From Botryllus schlosseri (taxonomy: Eukaryota): a stretch of DNA of 64,000 nucleotides. The position numbers were made by a program, and so were the translations under genes. Location of the stretch: contig CM119371.1 in NCBI GenBank assembly GCA_051294905.1, positions 9,984,001-10,048,000 on the forward strand, written 5' to 3'. Below are positions 36,295-48,371 of the stretch, piece by piece (position 1 is the first letter of the stretch; every line of letters begins with the position of its first letter). The notes below the pieces were generated by a model. That model did not search any database and was not told where the DNA came from. It was given only the letters and a program-made list of their open reading frames with translations.

Positions 36295-36580
36295 GTTTTG
36301 AAAAGGAAAATGGTATTGTTTCTCAGGGAAAAGATAGATTTCCAAGTGAAAATGGTTTGTTACTCCTGGGGAAAAATATATTTCTAAACAAAAAGGGATT
36401 TTTACTCAGGGAAAAAATATATTTCCAAAGAAAAAGGTTTTTTTTAACTCTAGGAAACGATAGATCCGCAAGTGAAAATGTATTGTTACTCTGGGTAAAC
36501 GATAGATCTCCAAGTGAAAATGGTAATTTTACTCGGGAAGGGTAGAGCTCCAAACAAAACATGATAATTTTACACAGGTA
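36295..36580. repeat. ~33-bp minisatellite, array 1
   Basis: Tandem units like TTTCCAAGTGAAAATGGTTTGTTACTC.GGG.AAA. Confidence 0.85.
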
Positions 36581-36599
36581 AACGTCGAGAGTTCAGTGT

Positions 36600-39500
36600 C
36601 GTTGGTCTTGTTATACGTAGTTGTCGAGTTGTACAATATACTTGTCGTGAGTATACAATTACGAAGGGAGAGAATGAAATTGCTATTTTGAGTGTCAGAA
36701 GATTGTTGTATTTAGATTTGATTTGTCATGACAGTAACCCTATCATTCGCATATGACAAGCGAAATCATTACCATCAATACATGTAACCAACTTGTTCGG
36801 TCTCGATCAATGCAAAAGAGATGATTCGTTTTTTGAAACCGATACCGCGCGTTAAGTCGATGTGATTTCTACCTCCTTGCATACAGTCATGCCGAGGAAA
36901 TTTTCATACGGGTCCACAGGTACGAAACACGCGCACTATCACCGTAAACAGAAGACGATGATTTTGATACACATTAATAAACAGATTTTCTCAACTACAT
37001 GTTCAACTAAATCGGAATTACGATGTTGTAGTTTATTGAGTTGTGTGTTTGATGAAAGTGATTGGTTACAAGTATGTGTTGGGGAAAGAAAATTTATTTT
37101 TCTGTGTGTGACAGTTTGGGATAAAATAGATTCGTGGTTTTAATTGAATTGCGCTGTTTTAATGTATGCTTCGACATGGAGACTTGACGCTGAACAACAA
37201 TTCGATTCACAAAACATATCCATTGCAAAGTTTGCCACTGGTGTGCAAAGGGTTAGGGACATTTTAATACAGTTCCGTCTACTGGTTGTTTTATTGTGAG
37301 GACAATCATGTGATGACTCAGCACTTTTCGTTAGCAAAGTAGATTGATCTGTGTGAAAGATGTAGGAACCGTGACTAGAAAACATATGTACTCTGTCGTT
37401 GGAGTAGCTGATTTATTGCTATGACATTGAAAGAACCCTCGGGAAGTGAGTATGCTTTTCTTTCACGAAAGTTTACGTGGCTCCGTTGTAATAAATTTGT
37501 GTTAACTAAACTCGAATGGATACCGCAATTGTGCTGGACTTACACATGGTATTCGCATACTGTACACATACAAACTTTTGTGTAAATAACTCTAATGTTT
37601 CTGTTAGTACTAGTTCTGTGTTGAACTATTTGATTATTAAGATACATGAACATCCATTCAGACAATACAATTCTTGTGATATCGAAACAGTTTGACAGCG
37701 TAGTCGACCATTCTGTAGTATCGTTATATAATAATATCGAGTGACGTCGAATATTTTTGTGACGTAAATATCTTCCATATACCTTTGGTAAGAAATGAGT
37801 TCTGTGGGATATTCATAAACAGCCTACAAAAGTAAAACTTGATGCGTTTGATTATATACTTTTTTATCTAAGTCTTTGTGATGTTGAAAGACGGGTGAGT
37901 TTACATTTTAATATAGTAAGCGGAACAACTCAAGTAATAAATTTTACTCGTTTGAAAATACCGATTAATTGGGTAGCAGTATCAATACGAGCGGTATATC
38001 ATTTTCGTGGTATGCAACCAATCTTCTAAGCATAACTTTTCAAAAATTCGTCATGTCACAGAGAAGTCGGCTAAATTTTTGAATGAATTTTTTTCATGGT
38101 GCTTTTTATAGATTCCAATTACTCCAATTTAGACAGTCAAAAGGTTTTTTTTCACAATAAGGGTTGAATTTCAGGAAAAAAGTTTATTCTCCAAAAAATT
38201 GAAAAAAAATGGCAAATTTTTGACTTCGACGAACCGAAAAGGAGGGACACCTTGCCTGAACGAAAATATAAACCTTTCTAATGTCTTAAACACCCCAAAC
38301 CACTTCAGACTTCAAATTTTCACGTTGATTGGACGATTTTTTCTGTCTCAAAAATGATACCTAACTTTCAAGGTACGAAAAAAGGAAAATTTTGAGAAAA
38401 AGCCACTTTAATTTCGTAACATGTAAAAGTCACAATATCACTCTGAAAATCCGAAATTTCACACAGTTAATAATCTAAAAATCGCCAGGATGCTATATTT
38501 TCCTCCTGCATTGCCATGTTTTCTGCTTTTGACAGCCCTGTACATTCGTTCACAGTTCTGAATGAGTAGATTTCCATTCTTTGACTTACCATTTCCCCCC
38601 CTTGATTTCCCACGTTTTGCAATAGTCGCTCGATAGTCGACCGTAACACGGTGAATGGCTCGAACAAAATCCGATTCCGTGGTCAATTGCATGTCTTGAC
38701 AAATGCCATGACACATCAAATGACACTGTGATAGATGTGACACTCCAATCCAGCTTCTAACAGTGATCAATATCAGCTTTGATTGACAAAAAACAGTCAC
38801 CAAACACAGTCACTGAGAACCCACGAACCACCAGCTGCAAAGTGCTGAGACCGGCATACCGTTTGTTTTGATCTGTTGTAACGCATCGTTGATTACACCA
38901 TAGATATCCTCAAAAGCACTAGATCGACAGCGACGCGCGTAGATAATATTAAATGATAATAATAAATGATTAGTTACTCTAGGTAAAAGTATTTTTCCAA
39001 GTGAAAATGTATTGTTACACTGGGTAAACGCCGGATCTCCAAAAGAAAATGATATTTTTACTCGGGTAAACGATGGACCACCAAGTGAAAATGGTTTGTT
39101 TCTCAGGGAAAAAGGTTTGTTAACCAGAGAAAAAGTATATTTCCAAGTGAAAACGGTATTGGTACTCAGTGAAAATGGTTTGTTATCCAGGGCAAAAAAT
39201 ATGTTTCCAAGCGAAAAAGGTTTGTTACCCGAGGAAAAAAGATATTTCCAAGTGAAAAAGATTTGTTAGCCACGGAAAAAAAGAGATTTCCAAAGGAAAA
39301 GGGGTTTGTTACTCTGGGAAACGGTGGACCCCCATGTAAAAATGTATTGTTACACTGGGTAAACGCCAGATTTTCAAAGGATAATGGTATTTTTACTCAG
39401 GTAACGGCTGATCTCCAGGTGAAAATGGAAATTTTACTTGAGTAGGTATCGTATGTTTAGTGTCGTTGGTATTGTTAAACGTTGTCGCCGGTAGCCGTTG

Positions 39501-42500
39501 GTATACTATTACGAGTGTGAAAAGGATTTGCACGTCCTGTGCAGAGTATCGCGATAGTGAATATATTTTTCCACGTGGCAAAACAAGATCGCTGTTTAAA
39601 TGCTAATGCATGCATTTCGATTACCGAGTTGCTGTACAATAGAGATGACTCTACATTAGACCGTGCTGTGTACTTCGATTAAAACCACAAGACCACATGT
39701 AAATCTATTCGCACAGCTCGATGATGTTGATATAGTGTTACTAAAATTAATTATTACCTATTTACACAACATAAAATAACAATTCATGTCGTAGTAAGTA
39801 AGTTTTTTGAACTCGTGCTTGATGAAATCGAGTGGCGACAAGTAGGTTTTTGTGTTTGAGTGAAAAATAATTATTTAGAGTAGTGACATGTTGCGGTCAA
39901 CGAATACAAATCGATCATGATATTACAATATACGCTTTCGTCAACATAAGGACTTGGTGTAGAAATACTTTCACGTTTTTTGAATAACTAGATTCTCGAG
40001 ACTTGTTACTTGTACGATGTACCATTGGTGTGCAAACTATAACGACCATTTTGTATGATAGTATGTTTTCGTTGTATTGTTGTGAGGACAACCATGTGAT
40101 GACTCAGCACTTTTCGTTAGCAAAGTAGATTGATTTGTGTGTAAGATGTAAGCACCGTAACTAGAAAACATATGTACTCTGTTGTTGGAGTAGCTGATTT
40201 ATTGCTATGACATGGACATATCCTGAAGCCTTGGTTTGTTGTCTTACGAAAGATTAGGCGACCTCGGTATCGTAAATTGTGTTAACTAAACTCGGATGGA
40301 TACCACAATTGTGCTGGACTTACAAATGGTATTCGCATACTGTACACATACAAACTTTTGTGTAAACAACTCTGGTGATTCTGTTAATACTAGTTCTGTG
40401 TTGAACTACTTGATTATTAAGATACGTGACCAACCATTCAGACAATAAAGTTCTTGAAGTATCGAAACAGTTTGTAGAGTCTAACCAACCATTCTTTAGT
40501 TTCGTAATGCGAGAATATCGAGTAAAGTTAATTACTTAGTGTGATGTTAATATCCTTCGTACTTTTGTAAGAGTTGTGGAGTAACATACTAAGTAACTAG
40601 TTGACACAAACAAAATATTGAATGACTGCTAACGCATTGAGTTCATAATCCAAGAGGGTGAAATTTGTTTACTGTTAAACTAACATAACTCGTATCCAGC
40701 AAAACAGATACAATCCGGCGATGTGATGTTGGTCAATATCCATTTTGTAAAGATTGAGTAAATCCTCTTCCGTCAGGTGGGTGTGATTCAAATCAATAGC
40801 ATGTTACACATAAACATCATTTGTATTGAGGGTGATATTGTGAAGATGATGCCGCAACAACACAACAAGTAATATTTTGTATCGGGTGTTTGCGCTTTAG
40901 GAATAGCGAAATGTGCGATATTTTGGATATCTGTGTTCGACTGAAACTAGGGTTGTCCTTGGGTCTTGTGTTGGGTAAATCAGAACTATGCCTAGAATTC
41001 AAGCACGTCCGAGTAACGTCTTTTAGTGACAGAGTATTGTGATGACATTTACTTTAGCGAATGACAAGGGAAAAAATTTCGATTGCATTGTCGGTGTATG
41101 TGTTACACAAATAATTCTAGTACACCTAACTATAGGGTACATTTGCCAAACATCGTACAAATTGTTTCTTTGTTATGGTAACGACTTTCAGCGGCTTGGT
41201 TTCATGTCGGGAATTATTATTTGAGTGTTCAAAAACAATACGACAAATGAACAACGATACAAAACACGTTTAGTGATAGCAAGTACTTCCTTGATATTAC
41301 GATTGTTGTGCACTAGACATTTCTAGCTGAATTGAATGCATCCAGCAAACATATTCCAATTTACTTTTGTAATGATCAAAGTCTTAGAGTGCAACCTCGT
41401 GATATTTTACATTTAGCACATTCTATAGAAAGTGTGAACGGAGTTGACTATTAATCGTATACTTGGGATAATGCTTTGATATCAAAGATATGTTTTCACA
41501 CTGTGTAATGTTTCGATTCTCTGTTGTGAATACCACCAGTAACGACGTTGATGTTAAATCCTCACCCGTGGTTATTGTAAGTGAATCCTAAACATCGCAA
41601 CAGTTGGTATGGAAATCGAACGCGTGCGTACTTTTAGATAGGTGACACTAACAAGTTTATTACATCCGTGAAATACTCTGAAACGTCGATTCGTGATTGT
41701 GTTAGCTATATTCATCTTCCATATCTGTGGACACAAAGATATCTTGACTTTGGTTACAACTCACTCGAAACGAATTGTCGCGGGCAATCTAAAAAAGCAC
41801 AAGTCGAAGACGAATGATTTGATTTCAATGAACTAAAAAAGTCCTTTTGATTTGATGTTGGGTTTAATACAATTTGTACGACTATAACGAATCCGATTCC
41901 AAAAGTGCTATGTTACATTTAACAAAAAGTTTGATGACTTGTATTCTGATATTGATAGATGTGAAAAGTAATATGACTAGTTTACAAAATTCCGATCATG
42001 TTCTTTGTCATGTCTGTGTTCAACAAATATGTGATCAAGTCTTACCATTCGATATTAACTTTCGCAGTCGGTGTAATTTGTTGAAGTAAGAATACCGACG
42101 AGTTCAATAATATTCTCCATCGATGTATTCGAATAATCTGTCAGCTATAAGTGGATTAAAAAACTTGATGCCGTTTTTGTGGTTAACTCAAGTCAGTGGT
42201 CGAGTTTGTGTTGATTTCAGGAATGATCATGACGTGTGGGTAGGGTAAATTAGTTTATGTGGTTGTAACTACGACCGTAAAGAGTTGCTGACATTCCAAT
42301 AAGACGAGTTGGTGGTATATGCCTAAAACCGAACTTGATATGTTTGTTGGTTGTAGTGATTACTTGCGTAGTCTTGTCTACTTTTCGTAAGGATACTTTT
42401 TGTTTTGGTTGGGTAAGTTACAAACGGATTGACTTGACAAGGTTTTTTGTATTTTACTCTTTTGTGTATGGGAAGATGTTGAAATGTTGAGACGTAATAC

Positions 42501-43300
42501 TATTTCCGTTCACTCGATTGCAACAAAAAATAACCCGATAGTTTGTTCAAGGTTTCGACAAATAGATTGAAATATTCCGATTTAACTCATCGCGTCACAA
42601 GTCGATCGCGGTATGCACACGTGGTTGTCAAGTTAGAAATATTTACAACAGGTGTTATTTCATTGATTGATTCTATTGTGTGTAGTAACACATTAAAATA
42701 TCGCGATAGTATTTACTGAAACTCTATTTGACAAATGGAAAACTCAGTCGTGAATACAGTTGTAAGTTTCAAGGATTGTTTCAAAGTGTAATCTTGAAAT
42801 GTGACTGGATCAAAGTTGGTAGTCATGTTTGTCAAACCTATTTCTATTCACACTATGTCAAGTCCAAATATTTCATTCTGGATTATTTGGATTTACCTTT
42901 CTCGCGAATGGATTCCGATACCGTACTATAACATTCTTAATAATACGGGTTCGAGGATTTTCATGATACAGTTGACAAGTGATAAGATGCGTGTTTTTGT
43001 TAAGGGTTTGATTTCAAGTTGATTAAGACAATAACTGTGTAATGCACGTACTTGTGATTATTGATTCTTGTAGAGTTATAGTTGTGAAAACAGCGGCGCG
43101 GGTGTGCGAATAATTCAATGTGGCTGAAAGTCGGCGTCAGTAATATTCGGGTTACGGTCGAATCAAAAGATCACGAAAAGATTTCTCAAAATAATTAGAA
43201 TTGTACCGAATTAACACATTCAGATTCGAATCAACTTGAGCTGTGTAGCAAGTTTCATTTCGAGTTGACAAATTGACACATTGCTTGAATATTCTTATCA
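36600..43300 (+). pseudogene. Block of decayed intron-less ORFs, including a RING-finger-like remnant; virus/Polinton-like
   Basis: Plus-strand frames run ~190-230 codons with only 4-7 scattered stops (36630-37300; 41270-41850). 41874-42089 reads TCILILIDVKSNMTSLQNSDHVLCHVCVQQI...RCNLL, a degenerate C3HC4 RING. No hallmark viral gene recognised. Confidence 0.4.
38970..39440. repeat. ~33-bp minisatellite, array 2
   Basis: Same unit (CCAAGTGAAAA.GGTTTGTTA...) in about 14 tandem copies. Confidence 0.85.
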
Positions 43301-44099
43301 CGCAACTAAAGTTCACCACTATTCCGGAGTGTCAAAACATATAGCGACCACCAGAAAGTGTCAAATTGTTGGTTTTCGAATCACCGTCTGCGATGGTTCT
43401 GTTATTCGTTACTTATTAAATCTTACCAGTGAAATCTAGTTTCGCGACTTACTGATTGTTGGTAACCGAATCGCCGTCTACGCCGGCTCCGTGACAAACT
43501 AATTACCAAAATATTACTTGTGCGTGATTCCTACCTCTGTAAATCCACACCACGAGAGATGGCTATGCCTGATGTGTTATCTTGTCAGCGATCGCGTGGT
43601 TTTACAAATATTTCACACATTTTTAAAGTGTTAGTTTGTGAACGCAGTTATTGTTGATATTCGAATCGCCGTCTACGCTGGCTCTGTGGTAAACTAATTA
43701 CCAAAATATTACCTTGGAAGTGATTCCTAGATTTAGCAAACTATTTCGCACTGAATGGATTAGTGTAATAATCGATAGTAGCGGCTGGACGAGAAATAAT
43801 TCAGCGCACAGGTCATTCGAAATATAGGTCGCACGCACTGCTTAATCCTCACAACAAGCCACGTTTCCGTCCGCGCGGTTATTGTTGGTGACTCGTACAT
43901 ATTCAACACCGCGCGAGAGATGTCTATACTCGAAAGTACGAATCATCGCCGCGTCCATAAGAATAACGATATATCATTGTCGTACTCGCCGTAATTTGGA
44001 ATATACACATTACCTAAGGACCAATCACATGACTATTTACTTGATACATATTCAACACGAAGTACGACATGCCAACAACGAAGCCGCGTGCGAGCTATC

Positions 44100-44470
44100 C
44101 CTATGCTGAAAAGGGTTACCGTGCGACCACAAGACACAATAGCCGCATGCCACCGCCGCCATAAGACACAATAGCCGTGGGCACAACATCGCCACAGCAT
44201 ATATCTGAAAGGGTACCATCATCACCACATAGGCACATCATCACCACACGGCAGTCTGAAAGGGTACCATCATCACCACGAGTTTTCACGGCACATCATC
44301 GCCGCAGCCTATACCAGAAAGGGTACCATCATCACCGCATCAATAAGAACACATGGCACATCACCACCACAAGGGGGGTCAAAAAGGGTACCATCATCAC
44401 CCCGGGTTTTCAGGCACATCACCACCCCGCCCATAAGAAACAATGGCGCATCACGACCGATCTACATAAC
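44100..44470. repeat. Alternating short tandem motifs (AAAGGGTACCATCATCACC / GGCACATCATCACCAC)
   Basis: Motif A at ~44207, 44258, 44317 and 44383, alternating with motif B; AAGACACAATAGCCG occurs twice upstream. Confidence 0.85.
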
Positions 44471-44771
44471 TACTCACCTATCTCAACCTAAGCTATGTAA
44501 AGATGAGGCATGCACAGATTGCACACTGAATGTGGAAAGTAATAATGGGATAGCATAATGGACAACGGCAAAAAAAGGTGGCATTCGACGAAGGGTGTGG
44601 TTGGGAAATGAGATTGTGGTCGGTAATCTCGGGCGCTTACTAGTATTTACGAATTAGAAGAGTCGGGGCTGGTAGTCGATCTGTGATCTACTAGGGGTTT
44701 GAACTGCTGACAACGTCTTTGCTAGAGTTGGATCAATTGTAATTTGTAATTTAGCTGATTGTATATATTAC

Positions 44772-45690
44772 ATTGCATAGTGACGGCAGGCGTCACACGC
44801 TAATATGAGTATGCGTAGACCGCCGCATAATTATAATTATGGTTTTACGGCTGCATGTGGCCGTACCTCCACAGGTTGGCCACCCCTGGCCAAATAGACA
44901 TAAGAATAAGACAGAGCATCTAATACAGTGGTTCTCAAACGCAACAATGAGACCCCCTGGCTACGCCGCCTCTGCAATTATGTGGACTTCGGTCTGCGCT
45001 GTTTATAACCATCTGGCAGGTACCAATTCAAAATATCTGCGCTATCGCGGCGGTTTCCGCGAGCAACATACTAGACAGCAGTTATCGCAAGCTGAACAGT
45101 GAACACACGTTAACTCCATCCTGTTCTACTCCAAAAGGAACCAATATGTCCACTTACCACTACCAACGTTTAAATTATGACGAGAAAATTCGCTGATGAC
45201 ATCCCAAAAGATCTGTAAACATTGTACGATATTGCACATACGGTCATACTGTTCAGAAGCATGAACCTGTATATTTATAGTGATAGCTAGTTATAATGTA
45301 ATGCGTATCTGGTACACCCCAGTACGATTGGCACACACTTTGAATCAGAAGCGGCCAACCTTTTCGGCCAAAAGGACACACGAGATTTGTGAACCATTGC
45401 GCGGGCCACTTGAATGTTGATGACATCTTTTAGTCGTCCAATAGGAGTGAACCGGATTAGGAAACGGTGTAAATAAACAATATTTATCTTACTACCTATA
45501 TCAACATCAATAACAACTAGGTCATGAAAACTCAGTGTGCCGCAGGCGCGAAAATTTTTCAAAGTTTAGGAATAAGTTCGTTCAATAATATTGTCACTTG
45601 CATATATTATGTGTAGCCACCGTATACCTCTGGGCTCGTTTGGCAAGGACAGAATCTTTTTGCTAGTGCAGACGCGAAGTCTGATGTTGG
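44772..45690 (+). repeat. Segmental duplication, copy 1 (copy 2 = 48332-48371 plus 49883-50842)
   Basis: Colinear high-identity sequence from TTGCATAGTGACG.CAGGC.TCACACGCTAATATG to GTGCAGACGCGAAGTCTGATGTTGG. Confidence 0.9.
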
Positions 45691-45734
45691 GCAACACGGT
45701 CTCTAGGGAGAATGTAGCAATACTAAACGCAACA

Positions 45735-46122
45735 TATCCATATGACACTTGGGATCCCCTTCCCGGTAAATGTTTTTTCCCCACATATGTCACATATACG
45801 AGTTTTACCGCCGGCATGTATGTCCATATGACGCGTGAGGCTAGCCTTCTCAGTAAATGCTTTTCCACACATCACATTCATAATTTTTGAGGCCGGCATG
45901 TATATCCATATGAGGCTTTAGGCTACCTTTCCGAATGAGTGCTTTTCCACAGACAGCACAGTTATGATTTTTGATTCCAGCATGCATATCCATGAAAATT
46001 CAGGTTATCCTTTCGTGTAAATGTTTTACTACATACATCACAGTTATGATTGTTAACGCCAGCATGGATATCTACATGACGCATGAGATCTCCCTCCTTA
46101 GTGAATGCACTCCCCATACGTC
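45735..46122 (-). pseudogene. Degenerate continuation of the zinc-finger array beyond the stop
   Basis: The TGA at 46123-46125 replaces the expected Cys codon; about 5 further frameshifted finger units follow (e.g. CDVCSKTFTRKDNL, CAVCGKAL, CDICGKK). Confidence 0.8.
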
Positions 46123-47412
46123 TCAGGTATGATTTGTGACGCCAACATGGATATCCATATGACGCTTGAGGTTTCCTTTCCTAGTAAATGCTTTCCCACA
46201 TACATCACAGGTGTGATTCTTAACGCCAGCATGGATATCCATATGAAGCTTGAGGTGTCCCTTTCGAGTAAATGCTCTCCCACATACATGACAGGTATGA
46301 TGTTTGACGCCAGCATGGATATCCATATGACGTTCGAGGTTATTCGTCATTGTAAATGCTTTACCACATATATCACAGGTATGATTTTTAACGCCAGTAT
46401 GGATAAGCATATGAAGGTTGAGGTGACCTTTCTGTGTAAATGCTTTACCACATACATCACAGTTATGATTCTTAATGCCAGCATGGATATCCATATGAAG
46501 CTTGAGGTCTCCCTTTCGAGTAAATGCTCTCCCACATACATGACAGGTATGATGTTTGACGCCAGCATGGATATCCATATGACGTTTGAGGTTACTCGTC
46601 ATTGTAAATGCTTTACAACATACATCACAGTTATGATTTTTAACGCCAGTATGGATAACCATATGAAGCTTGAGGTCCCCCTGCCGTGTAAATGCTTTAC
46701 CACATACATCACAGCTATGATTCTTAATGCCAGCATGTATATCCATATGACGCTTGAGGACTCCCGTTTGAGTGAATGCTCTCCCACATACATGACAGGT
46801 ATGATGTTTGACGCCAGCATGGATATCCATATGACGTTTGAGGTTACTCGTCATTGTAAATGCTTTACCACATACATCACAGTTATGATTTTTAACGCCA
46901 TTATGGATAACCATATGAAGCTTGAGGTGACCCTGCTGTGTAAATGCTTTACCACATACATCACAGTTATGATTCTTACCGCCAGTATGGATAACCATAT
47001 GACGCTCGAGGTTACCCTTCAGTGTAAATGCTTTACCACATACAACACAGTTATGATTCTTAATACCAGCATGTATATCCATATGTCGTATGAGGTCTCC
47101 CTTTTTAGTAAATGCTTTCCCGCATACATCACATTCATGATTTCTGACGCCAGCATGCATATCCATATGACACTTCAGGTGATATTTTCGTGTAAATGTT
47201 TTACCACATACATCACAGCAGTTATTGTTGTTACCGCCAGCATGGCTATCTACATGACGCATGAGATCTCCCTCCTTACGATTTTGACCGCCAGCATAGA
47301 CATCCATATGAAGCTTGAGGCTACCCTTCCGTGTGAAAGTTTTCCCACATAAATCACAGTGGTAATTTCTGCCAACAGCTTGCATATCAATATGACGTTT
47401 GAAGACCAACAC
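46123..47412 (-). CDS. Tandem C2H2 zinc-finger protein (13 intact fingers plus degenerate ones); 5' end unresolved, possibly pseudogenic
   Basis: 84-bp units CxxC-x12-HxxxH with HAGVKNHxC-type linkers; the ORF starts at GTG inside a degenerate finger. Confidence 0.85.
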   Translation of the reverse strand: MLVFKRHIDMQAVGRNYHCDLCGKTFTRKGSLKLHMDVYAGGQNRKEGDLMRHVDSHAGGNNNNCCDVCGKTFTRKYHLKCHMDMHAGVRNHECDVCGKAFTKKGDLIRHMDIHAGIKNHNCVVCGKAFTLKGNLERHMVIHTGGKNHNCDVCGKAFTQQGHLKLHMVIHNGVKNHNCDVCGKAFTMTSNLKRHMDIHAGVKHHTCHVCGRAFTQTGVLKRHMDIHAGIKNHSCDVCGKAFTRQGDLKLHMVIHTGVKNHNCDVCCKAFTMTSNLKRHMDIHAGVKHHTCHVCGRAFTRKGDLKLHMDIHAGIKNHNCDVCGKAFTQKGHLNLHMLIHTGVKNHTCDICGKAFTMTNNLERHMDIHAGVKHHTCHVCGRAFTRKGHLKLHMDIHAGVKNHTCDVCGKAFTRKGNLKRHMDIHVGVTNHT

Positions 47413-48371
47413 TCAAGTTCAAAGTGTTACAAACAAATTTTGAACAAATATTTTAAACTCTATTCAGCTTAGCTCATGACAATATGGCCATATCTGCCAT
47501 GTATGATAGTGTAAAACTAATCAAAACAAAGATTATCATCAGATTGTATAGCAATTCCCATACAATATTGTACTACATACAAAAATATCAACAGCACAAA
47601 AATTACTGCTCTTCTGATAGTTTCGACTAATTCGACACCTTCCTATCTTTTCACTGTATCGCAATTTTGTGGTGTATTTAACTGATATTAATTGCTAATA
47701 AACTGAACCGAACAACAGTCCGCGTGAGTTCTTTGACAGCTTCAACGAATGCACAACGATAGTCGCCTCTTTCACGTGTATTCATCAGATAAGTATAACC
47801 GCAATAGATTAAATAAGTCTCACGAATGAGCACCAGAGATACGCAGGCCTATACAGCATGTTGGCGAGAGGCATGTAGTAAAATACTATCAATGTTCAAG
47901 ACAAGCACTAGACACAGAGATCGGCACAAATCCGTTTAGACGGAGCGTTCGATTTGTGGTTGGTGCCCCCAATTTGCCAAATGGTTACGTGTAAGGCTGA
48001 CCACAATGATTCGAGCAATCAAATATGAATAGAACATTAATACTCGTTTTTCGAGTCAAATAGTGAGAAACGAATTTTCTGTGCCCCGTGACGAAGCATT
48101 TTCCAATATGAAAGGTTGTGAATCTTGGTCGTATCGTTGCATACGAAACATGCAGTACCAAGCTGGGGACTGGAATCGCTCAGACGTACTACACAAACCG
48201 TCATTCATGAGGCACACACCATTCCAACTTTGTATTTCTTAACCAAAAATCAACCGCATCACTTTTTCAAGCAGTTTACATGTGTACGGATGGGCTCAGA
48301 TTGCAAGGACAATGTTATATTAAAAACGAAATTGCATAGTGACGACAGGCATCACACGCTAATATGGGTAT

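Noticed and set aside
36222..39445. Lys/Phe-rich ORFs at 36222-36562 and 39012-39445
   Set aside because: They are translations of the 33-bp minisatellite.
36630..43100. Alternative genetic code (stop-codon reassignment) to explain the in-frame stops
   Set aside because: All three stop types occur, they differ between paralogues and frameshifts also exist; mutational decay is simpler.
44177..44491. His-rich ORF and CRISPR-like repeat-spacer appearance
   Set aside because: The ORF derives from CATCATCACC motifs. Spacers are mutually related and uneven, there are no cas genes, and the context is eukaryotic.
46105..47352. 415-aa plus-strand ORF antisense to the zinc-finger array
   Set aside because: Stop-free antisense frames are a common by-product of tandem C2H2 repeats; there is no independent coding evidence.
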